The translations under genes and the position numbers were made by a program. Source: an uncultured Candidatus Saccharibacteria bacterium (GTDB taxonomy: Bacteria > Patescibacteriota > Minisyncoccia > Phycocordibacterales > UBA918). Taken from it: a stretch of DNA of 64,000 nt. The stretch lies in contig CAZRNZ010000002.1 of assembly GCA_964601615.1 (NCBI GenBank), positions 142,826 through 206,825 on the forward strand, written 5' to 3'. The notes under the pieces were generated by a model that was not told the origin of the DNA, ran no database searches, and saw nothing but the letters and a program-made list of their open reading frames with translations. Shown here one piece after another: positions 38,355-45,262 of the stretch (positions are counted from its first letter, which is position 1; the number at the start of each line of letters is the position of its first letter).

Positions 38355-39251
38355 TTACCCCTTTCGCTTCTTCCGCTTTTTGACCGTCTTTTTACCCGAA
38401 AGATCTTTTTTGAACTGTTCCAAGAGTTGTGGTTCCTCGTTTACGTACGAAACGATAGTACTGTTTGTGTAAGGAACAATTTTCTTAAGCACTTTTTTTG
38501 ACGGCGCTTTTCGTTCACCTGTTGTTTTTAGAATGGTGCACAGTCCTGATCTCGGATCATTAAGGTGGCGCTCTTGTTCGAACGGCAGAATGTATTTGTT
38601 GTAGTAGTCACTGCCATTGATGGCTATCTCAATATTGGCGATGGCCTTGGGTACAAGCAGGATTGGCACCCCGTTGTGCACCGGTAGTCGGAACTCATCG
38701 CCTTCCTGCCACTTCGCGTCTGTAGGACTCCAGGTCATAAATTTGCCAACTGGCTGAGCGGGGACATTGTGCAACTTTGCTTGCTCAATGGTGTACTCGA
38801 CCAACAGCGGTAGACAGATATTTGTCACGATGTCTGAAATTTTGTCCTTACCAATGCCTGGAATAAGTAGGGCGGTATCCTCAATATCCTTCAGTACGCC
38901 AGTTTTTACTGCATGACTGCTTTTCAGGGCTTGGTAAATTTGCTCAGCGTGCTCTGTTGCTATCGCTTTTCCTCGCATACCAACTGCAGAGTAACCAAAT
39001 CGAGTCCAATTGACTTCATGGAGGTTGTCTAGGAGTTCGGTAGCTCGTTTTTCATCCCCTGAGCGGATACTTTTGATCAATTCATCGAAATAGGTTTGAA
39101 GGTACTCAGAGCATACGTACCCAAACTCGCTCTCAAGGTCTTTGATGAGCCAGGGGTCGATGAACTCAAGGTTGTCTTTAGTAAGGTTAATGTCGACAAA
39201 ATCGATTTTTGCCGGGTTGGTCGTAAGACCAAAGTGTTGTGTGAAATTCAC
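38355..39251 (-). CDS. Hypothetical protein, 298 aa, with a K/R-rich C-terminal tail. It is the cargo gene downstream of the HTH/ImmA pair and has no recognisable family.
   Basis: Intact ORF, GC-richer than the genome. Own terminator hairpin at 38309-38335 (GGTCGCCA-GATAT-TGGCGACC). Confidence 0.5.
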   Translation of the reverse strand: MNFTQHFGLTTNPAKIDFVDINLTKDNLEFIDPWLIKDLESEFGYVCSEYLQTYFDELIKSIRSGDEKRATELLDNLHEVNWTRFGYSAVGMRGKAIATEHAEQIYQALKSSHAVKTGVLKDIEDTALLIPGIGKDKISDIVTNICLPLLVEYTIEQAKLHNVPAQPVGKFMTWSPTDAKWQEGDEFRLPVHNGVPILLVPKAIANIEIAINGSDYYNKYILPFEQERHLNDPRSGLCTILKTTGERKAPSKKVLKKIVPYTNSTIVSYVNEEPQLLEQFKKDLSGKKTVKKRKKRKG

Positions 39252-39422
39252 AGATTTAGGATTAAACTTTTAATTTCGGCACTAAATCTGCTACACTGGA
39301 GCAAATGAAAAACACCTCAAGCCTTAATTGGGCGTGATCGCAAGTCGAACCCAGTAAGTCTTTAGTTTTTCATCGGGTGATTTAGTCCCGACAAAAGCCG
39401 CCATTATTGGTGGCTTTTGTCG

Positions 39423-40049
39423 TCACTCAATCTGGTTTCGGTTGTTTTTCAGTTGATAACCAAGTCGATGCATACGAATCTCTCCAGCGTGCCTTGATAA
39501 TCCGAAGCGCTCTGTCAGCAGTGGGGCAATCAAATCCATATCAACCCCTTCTGTATGGAAGATAGGGCTACTTACACCGTTTTCTGATAACAAGTCCACT
39601 ACTAATGGGGCTGGGGCAATCAGGTATCCGGCGTAAGCATTGGCTTGCCATTCAATATGGCTATGCTTCTGAATATCTCGCCATTTCTGTAGCGATGCGC
39701 CTGCTACAAGACAAGTGTGCAGTGAGATGTGCCCCGCTTCGTGAGCAATAGTGAAGTTAATTCTCCCAGTGCTGTTGCATACCTCGGGGTCACATACAAT
39801 CCTTTTGTTTGTTGGATCATAATATCCCAACACTTCTACATCTGCTGGTTGGGGAATTGATTCGTATTCGACCCTGACGCCGAAGACACTTTCTACAAAC
39901 TGGTCAATATCAAGTGGCAGGTTTATATCTTGGGTTGATACACCACGATATTTTGCCAGATCTTGAATCGCCTGACTCTCAACATCAGCGTGCGAAAGGT
40001 AGTATGTTTTTACGGAAAGACCGCTTTTGCTGGTGAGTCGTATAGTCAT
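39423..40049 (-). CDS. ImmA/IrrE-family zinc metallopeptidase (COG2856-like).
   Basis: TIAHEAGHISLH (HExxH) in the appropriate context. 208 aa. Directly downstream of the XRE HTH gene, with a 3-nt gap. Confidence 0.7.
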   Translation of the reverse strand: MTIRLTSKSGLSVKTYYLSHADVESQAIQDLAKYRGVSTQDINLPLDIDQFVESVFGVRVEYESIPQPADVEVLGYYDPTNKRIVCDPEVCNSTGRINFTIAHEAGHISLHTCLVAGASLQKWRDIQKHSHIEWQANAYAGYLIAPAPLVVDLLSENGVSSPIFHTEGVDMDLIAPLLTERFGLSRHAGEIRMHRLGYQLKNNRNQIE

Positions 40050-40052
40050 AAG

Positions 40053-40397
40053 TTATTTCTTGTCGCGTTTTCGGTAAAACACAACACTTTCCACTTTTCC
40101 GTAATCAACATTCGTGTCCTCTGCCACCATCCGTACTTTTTCAGTGGCAACTTGCTCAGCATAAATCTGAACTATTTCCATTCTCTCACTCTGGTTGGCA
40201 TTGTATGCGTTTAGGAGTTTTGCTAGCAACTCAGAGGAGGGTAGGATGATGCCCACCTCAAACTTATTCAGTTGGGTATAGAAAAATTTCGGGAAATCGC
40301 ACTCATCGGCGAGTGACTCACCTACCTTGCGGAGACTTATTCCCGGAAATTTTTTCTTTCGCAACTCTGCGATTTTCTCTCCAAATTCATTTTGCAT
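40053..40397 (-). CDS. XRE-family helix-turn-helix transcriptional regulator.
   Basis: GEKIAELRKKKFPGISLRKVGESLA is HTH_3-like. 114 aa. Confidence 0.7.
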   Translation of the reverse strand: MQNEFGEKIAELRKKKFPGISLRKVGESLADECDFPKFFYTQLNKFEVGIILPSSELLAKLLNAYNANQSERMEIVQIYAEQVATEKVRMVAEDTNVDYGKVESVVFYRKRDKK

Positions 40398-40660
40398 ACC
40401 ATCGTAGTATAGCAGAGTAAGTTGTAGTGTGCAAATATGCTACACATAGCACTATTGGCAATTACTAAATCGAGTTGTTGCTGACTCAGCTTTCGTTGAG
40501 ATATTGAATAAGGAAAGAGCTTTAGTCGAAACTTCAAAAGAGATAATTAAAGCTTTTGAACAAAAGGTTCAAGATAGAATCTCAGAAGTCTGGGGTGACT
40601 AGTTCGACTAAACTGAATTAGTGTTCTAAAATAAATCTATGTCTAAATCGCGAACACAAA

Positions 40661-40882
40661 GTGGGTGAGGATGTTAAAAGTCTGCAACGCTTCCTAAATA
40701 ACCAAGGATTTATTGTTGCAGAATCAGGAAAGATTGGATCTATTGGTTTTGAAAGTAATTACTTTGGAGACATTACAAGGGAATCTTTAGCGAGGTTCCA
40801 GTATCGAAATAATATAGAACCAGCTTTTGGTTATTTTGGTACAACTACAAGGCAGTTAATTAATTCCATGATTAGTAGATAA
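40661..40882 (+). CDS. Peptidoglycan-binding domain (PG_binding_1-like) protein fragment with a GTG start. Probably a remnant of a lysin or hydrolase.
   Basis: GEDVKSLQRFLNNQGF...GKIGSIGFESNYFGDITRESLARFQ matches the PGBD repeat. Only 73 aa. Confidence 0.45.
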   Translation: MGEDVKSLQRFLNNQGFIVAESGKIGSIGFESNYFGDITRESLARFQYRNNIEPAFGYFGTTTRQLINSMISR

Positions 40883-40887
40883 AAACA

Positions 40888-40941
40888 TAAAGCGCCGCCC
40901 GAAGGGCGGCGCTTTTTGATTGTCTTTATGTGGAGATGGGG
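40888..40941. repeat. Proximal direct repeat: a GC hairpin that doubles as the ssrA terminator, plus the 3' end of tmRNA. It pairs with 38090..38145.
   Basis: AAAGCGCCGCCCGAAGGGCGGCGCTTTTTGATTGTCTTTATGTGGAGATGGGG. Confidence 0.6.
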
Positions 40942-41321
40942 AGAATTGAACTCCCGTCCGAGAACGTTGGTTAATATGAATCTACAATGCGTAGTTTTTC
41001 TTTGAAATTTAAATGTAGAAGATAGAAGAAAAACGAAAGATTTCTACATCGAGTTCCTGACATTCATCTTTTTGTTGGAACAACGCAAAAAGATATACCC
41101 CGATGTCTATTCCACTCAGACTACCTTATCAGGAATAGGGTAGGTGAGCGTCGCGAATTCGCGAGCTTAAAGTTAAGCTCGAGCGAAAGCGAACCCGTAT
41201 GCAAACGGGCTTGGTACGCTTTTGTCTGCACGTACAGTGTGAGTAACTTTTAACGAATTGCTACTCAATTTCGGCATGCACATATTAAACTAACAACGAA
41301 CCGTCGATGCCTAGCATCCCC
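40931..41321 (-). ncRNA. ssrA: tmRNA (ssrA), about 391 nt.
   Basis: The minus strand reads 5'-GGGGAUGCUAGGCAUCGACGG...UGUGCAUGCCGA... and ends ...GGACGGGAGUUCAAUUCUCCCCAUCUCCA-3'. This gives a tRNA-like acceptor (GGGGAUG/CAUCUCC) plus a T-arm, and the conserved UCGACGG and GUGCAUGCCGA elements. A candidate tag reading frame ends ...AYGFAFARA-UAA, with the stop at 41173-41175 inside a GAGCUUAA..UUAAGCUC hairpin. Confidence 0.85.
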
Positions 41322-41830
41322 CGATATAGGGCGAGAAGCTAAACTTCTCGCCCTATATCGGCGAAGCACATCTTTCAACAACTTGAAGGTGAAGGTGAAT
41401 ATTTTAAATACTCACCTAGTTAAAGAACATTATTTTTCATTATCTTGGACAACCCTGAGTCGCGGTTTTTTGGGCGGAAGACGAACAATGTCACCCCGCA
41501 ATTTTTTTGCCTCAGGGTTGTCGTACCCAGGTCCTTTTGGAAGGTCTGCCAAATCAACAGTTTCTCCTTCCCAAGAGACTTCTTTTTTCACAACTTCCTC
41601 CTTTGGTGAAATTCACCTTCAAATAGTCGAATTTTTATAGAACACTAACCGCGGGCATATGTATGTCCGCGGTTTTGGTTTAACATCAAGTAAATGATTG
41701 TTTGAACCTGGTTGTTGAGGGACTCTCCGGGTATTTCTGCAGCAATTCACGAATTGCTGCAATAACTTTCGGATGTTTGGATGTTCTCCAAGAAACTTTA
41801 CGTCTCTTGGAAGTGTTTTCCTTTTTCACT

Positions 41831-42280
41831 TTAATCTCCTCTCTTTAATATCCGCTCAATCTCACGTTTCGTGTCACGTTCTTTCAGTGTCTCGCGCTTG
41901 TCTTGTTTTTTCTTTCCGCGAGCCGTAGCGATTTCGAGCTTCAACTTACTTCCTTTATTATACCACTTAATTGGTATAATTGTCAAACCACGCTTCTCGC
42001 TTTCTGTGTACAACTCTTCGAGCTCTTTTTTAGAAAGAAGAAGTTTTCGTGGTCTTTCTGAATCGTGATTTTTGTCAGCATTAGTTTTCTGGAAAGGAGG
42101 AATGGAGGAGTTTACCAAATAAGCCTCGCCACCACGAATTACCACGTGAGAACCGTCTAATTTGCCTTGATTGGCACGAAGTGACTTTACTTCTGTACCG
42201 AGTAAGCTCACACCAGCTTCGTATCTTTTGAGTACTTCAAAATCAAACGTTGCCTTCTTATTTTTTACTAAATCTGCCAT
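41831..42280 (-). CDS. smpB: SsrA-binding protein SmpB. The start is taken at MADLVKNKK rather than the longer ORF-track start.
   Basis: KKATFDFEVLKRYEAGVSLLGTEVKSLRANQGKLDGSHVVIRGGEAYLVN...LLLSKKELEEL... Confidence 0.9.
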   Translation of the reverse strand: MADLVKNKKATFDFEVLKRYEAGVSLLGTEVKSLRANQGKLDGSHVVIRGGEAYLVNSSIPPFQKTNADKNHDSERPRKLLLSKKELEELYTESEKRGLTIIPIKWYNKGSKLKLEIATARGKKKQDKRETLKERDTKREIERILKRGD

Positions 42281-42329
42281 TTGTATATAAATATAGCAAA
42301 AACGTGGTCTTTCTGTATAATTTGCTCGT

Positions 42330-44342
42330 ATGAGTGATAAAAAAACTAATAAAAACAAAGGGAACCAAAAGGCTGGAAAGGGGGGTAAAAATAATCTAAT
42401 GAAGAATTTTGGTCCAGGAAATTTCTGGAACAACATGCTTTCAACTGTGGTGGTTTTGATGTTGCTGGTGGCAACTTATTCATACATCGCTGAAAAACAA
42501 AACAAAGTAGATGAAATTTCTTTGTCAGAAATTTCTGCTCAAATAAAATCTAATGAGATAGAAAGTATTATTGTGCGCGGCTCTAAGTTGGAGGTGTCAT
42601 ATAAAGATGAATCTCGCAATAAAGCTGAAGGTAAAAAAGAAAGCGGTGCTTCACTAACAGAAACTTTGGTGAATCTTGGAGTTGATAATGAATCTTTGAA
42701 CACTGTAAAGATTGATGTAAAAAATGAAACTGGTGCTGCTTATTACTTGGCAACTTTTGCTCCATTCATTTTCCCGTTATTACTTTTGCTTTTGATAATC
42801 TGGTTCTTCACTCGCTCTGTTAAAGGTGCTGGAGTGCAGGCGCTTAACTTTGGGCAAAGTAAAGCTCGTGTTATTGATCCTAATGATGCTTCACAGAAAG
42901 TAACTTTCAAGGATGTTGCTGGTGCTAAGGAGGCAAAGCAAGAACTTGAGGAGATTGTAGATTTCTTGAAGAATCCAAAAAAGTTTATTGATATTGGTGC
43001 AGAGATTCCAAAAGGTGTTCTTTTGATGGGACCTGCTGGAACAGGTAAGACTCTTTTGGCTCGTGCTGTAGCTGGAGAAGCTGGTGTGCCGTTTTTCTCA
43101 ATCTCTGGTTCAGAGTTTGTCGAGATGTTTGTGGGTGTTGGTGCTTCTCGTGTGCGTGACTTATTTGCGATGGCCAAGAAGGCGGCTCCAGCAATCATCT
43201 TCGTAGATGAGATTGATGCGGTTGGACGTATTCGTGGTACTGGTATCGGTGGTGGAAACGATGAGCGTGAACAAACTCTTAACCAAATCTTGGTAGAGAT
43301 GGATGGTTTTGAGCCAAGTCAGAAGGTGATTATTATGGCTGCTACAAACCGTCCAGATGTACTTGATCCAGCACTAGTTCGTCCAGGACGTTTTGATAGA
43401 CGAGTTACTATTGATCTTCCTGATCGTGATGATCGCAAAGCTATTTTGACGGTGCATGCTCGTAAGAAGCCGTTGACTGAAGATGTGAATTTGGATACGG
43501 TAGCGACTCGTACTCCTGGTTTCTCTGGAGCAGATTTGTACTCACTTATGAACGAGGCTGCTATCTTAGCGGCACGTGAAGAAAGAAAGCAGGTTTCTCA
43601 ATTCGATATTATCCGCTCAATTGAAAAGGTAATGCTTGGACCTGAGCGAAAGAGTCATCTACTTTCTAAGAAGGAAAGAGAAGTGACTGCTTATCACGAG
43701 GCAGGACATGCTTTGGTAGCTTCTGTACTTCCTTATGCTGATCCAGTACAGAAGATTTCTATCATCTCTCGTGGACGTGCAGCTGGATATACTTTAAAGT
43801 TGCCAGATCAAGATAGAAAAATGCATTCTAAGAAAGAGTTTATTGACGACATTGCTATGACACTCGGTGGCTATGTAGCTGAGCAAATGATATTTGGTGA
43901 TTTAACCACTGGTCCTTCTAATGACTTGCAGGTAGTGGCAAATCTGGCTCGTGATATGGTGACTAAGTATGGTATGAGTGAAAGACTTGGTCCTGTTGCT
44001 CTGGAAGGTTCTGGTGGTAGATTGATTGGTGGTGGAGTCGGTGAAGATAGAGGATATTCTCCAGAAATTGCTAAAGCGATTGATGATGAGGTTTCTAAGC
44101 TTATTACCGACGGACTAAATACTGCTAGAGAAATGCTTACTAAGTATCGTCCAGCTCTTGATGCTATTTCTAAACGATTGGTTGAGGTGGAAACTTTGGA
44201 GCGTGAAGAGTATGAAAATATTTTGAAAGCACAAGGTGTTGAAATACAAGATGCTTATCGCGATGAAGCGATTGAAGAAGGCAGAACCATTGCTGATCCA
44301 AGTAAGTCTGTAGAATTTGATGCAGATCATTTGAAAGGGTAG
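42330..44342 (+). CDS. ftsH: ATP-dependent zinc metalloprotease FtsH.
   Basis: Two TM helices, an AAA module ([18 protein letters not shown], Walker B, SRH) and HEAGHA (zinc site). Confidence 0.95.
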   Translation: MSDKKTNKNKGNQKAGKGGKNNLMKNFGPGNFWNNMLSTVVVLMLLVATYSYIAEKQNKVDEISLSEISAQIKSNEIESIIVRGSKLEVSYKDESRNKAEGKKESGASLTETLVNLGVDNESLNTVKIDVKNETGAAYYLATFAPFIFPLLLLLLIIWFFTRSVKGAGVQALNFGQSKARVIDPNDASQKVTFKDVAGAKEAKQELEEIVDFLKNPKKFIDIGAEIPKGVLLMGPAGTGKTLLARAVAGEAGVPFFSISGSEFVEMFVGVGASRVRDLFAMAKKAAPAIIFVDEIDAVGRIRGTGIGGGNDEREQTLNQILVEMDGFEPSQKVIIMAATNRPDVLDPALVRPGRFDRRVTIDLPDRDDRKAILTVHARKKPLTEDVNLDTVATRTPGFSGADLYSLMNEAAILAAREERKQVSQFDIIRSIEKVMLGPERKSHLLSKKEREVTAYHEAGHALVASVLPYADPVQKISIISRGRAAGYTLKLPDQDRKMHSKKEFIDDIAMTLGGYVAEQMIFGDLTTGPSNDLQVVANLARDMVTKYGMSERLGPVALEGSGGRLIGGGVGEDRGYSPEIAKAIDDEVSKLITDGLNTAREMLTKYRPALDAISKRLVEVETLEREEYENILKAQGVEIQDAYRDEAIEEGRTIADPSKSVEFDADHLKG

Positions 44343-44354
44343 GTGATTGAAAAA

Positions 44355-44390
44355 TAAAAGGCCGGAAGCGAAGCTTCCGGCTTTTTATTT
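44355..44390. terminator. Bidirectional terminator (GCCGGAAGC-GAA-GCTTCCGGC) between ftsH and the convergent tRNA.
   Basis: 9-bp stem with an A-run and a T-run. Confidence 0.7.
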
Positions 44391-44399
44391 ATCTAAATG

Positions 44400-44473
44400 T
44401 CCGCCCTCTTGGATTTGAACCAAGGACCCCAGAGGTATAAGCTCTGTGCTCTAACCAACTGAGCTAAGGGCGG
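44400..44473 (-). tRNA. tRNA-Ile with anticodon UAU, predicted to decode AUA.
   Basis: Hand-folded cloverleaf: acceptor CCGCCCT/AGGGCGG, D-arm GCTC...GAGC, anticodon stem CAGAG/CTCTG with loop CTTATAC, T-arm CTTGG-TTCAAAT-CCAAG, discriminator A. Confidence 0.75.
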
Positions 44474-44521
44474 ATATGGGGTTAGGCACATACTATAAAT
44501 CAAAAAACCCAAAATTGGAAA

Positions 44522-45250
44522 TCAATAGCCCTTGAAGGGGTCATTGATTATGTGGCTTGGTTTTATGAGGCGCGAGCGAAGCTCGCGCCTCATTTCCTCA
44601 ATCATTTTAGGTGAGCCAGATATAAAGTAATAAGCATCATTACCAAATCGTTTTACCTTTTCTTGTAATATTTCAATAGTTTCTTCTGGCTCATTTGTAT
44701 AATTTATTTTTACAAGATTATTTTCTTGTTGCCACTCTTCAAATTCATTTTTGTAAGTGTAGTTTTCTGCTGAGTAAATTAGATCAAGATTAATCTCAGT
44801 TTTATGTAAAGCAATATCACCAACAATTGATCGAAAGGGAGTGATGCCAATTCCTCCTGCCACAGCAACAATCTGTTCCATTTTTGGCTTTAGATACATT
44901 TCTCCATATGGTCCAAACATACGAATTTTATCTCCCTGAATTAGGGAGATAAGTTTTTTCTTAAAAACACTTGGCTGCTCAGAAATGACAGTTCCTATTT
45001 TAATTACTTTTTCATCAGGAAAAGAAGCTATAGAGAATACGCGCCAATTACCGCCAATCATTTTTTCGTTAGGAAAACTAAAAATTGCATGTTGCCCAGC
45101 TTTCCATTTAGGCAATTTATTTGCAGTAAAAGTGAAGGTGAAAATATTTTCAGCTTCGTTTTCCTTTTTTAGAAAAGTCAGCTCAGTAATATTTGCAACT
45201 CCAAAATAATCTAGTGGATTTATAACCGCTCTCAAAAAGACATCTAACAT
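44522..45250 (-). CDS. FAD/NAD(P)-binding oxidoreductase (ferredoxin-NADP reductase-like, Fre/PDR family).
   Basis: RVFSIAS (RxYS-type FAD motif) and AGGIGITPF (GGxGxxP NAD motif). 242 aa. Confidence 0.65.
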   Translation of the reverse strand: MLDVFLRAVINPLDYFGVANITELTFLKKENEAENIFTFTFTANKLPKWKAGQHAIFSFPNEKMIGGNWRVFSIASFPDEKVIKIGTVISEQPSVFKKKLISLIQGDKIRMFGPYGEMYLKPKMEQIVAVAGGIGITPFRSIVGDIALHKTEINLDLIYSAENYTYKNEFEEWQQENNLVKINYTNEPEETIEILQEKVKRFGNDAYYFISGSPKMIEEMRRELRSRLIKPSHIINDPFKGY

Positions 45251-45262
45251 AGATTTATTTTA

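Noticed and set aside
38159-38501. Three short overlapping ORFs (38159..38347 -, 38284..38472 +, 38298..38501 +) at the left edge of the ssrA island.
   Set aside because: They overlap one another and the terminator of the 298-aa gene. The translations look random. The region is the attR-like repeat plus a terminator.
41520-41560. SRP RNA-like GGTCC...GGAAGG motif.
   Set aside because: It has only partial resemblance to the 4.5S helix-8 consensus and no GNRA tetraloop context. It is probably coincidence. No 4.5S or 6S RNA call is made.
41383-41640. Plus-strand 85-aa ORF between ssrA and smpB.
   Set aside because: The translation is low-complexity (S/T/F/G-rich) with no RBS. The region is better explained as structured RNA, or by the minus-strand 53-codon ORF with its strong RBS.
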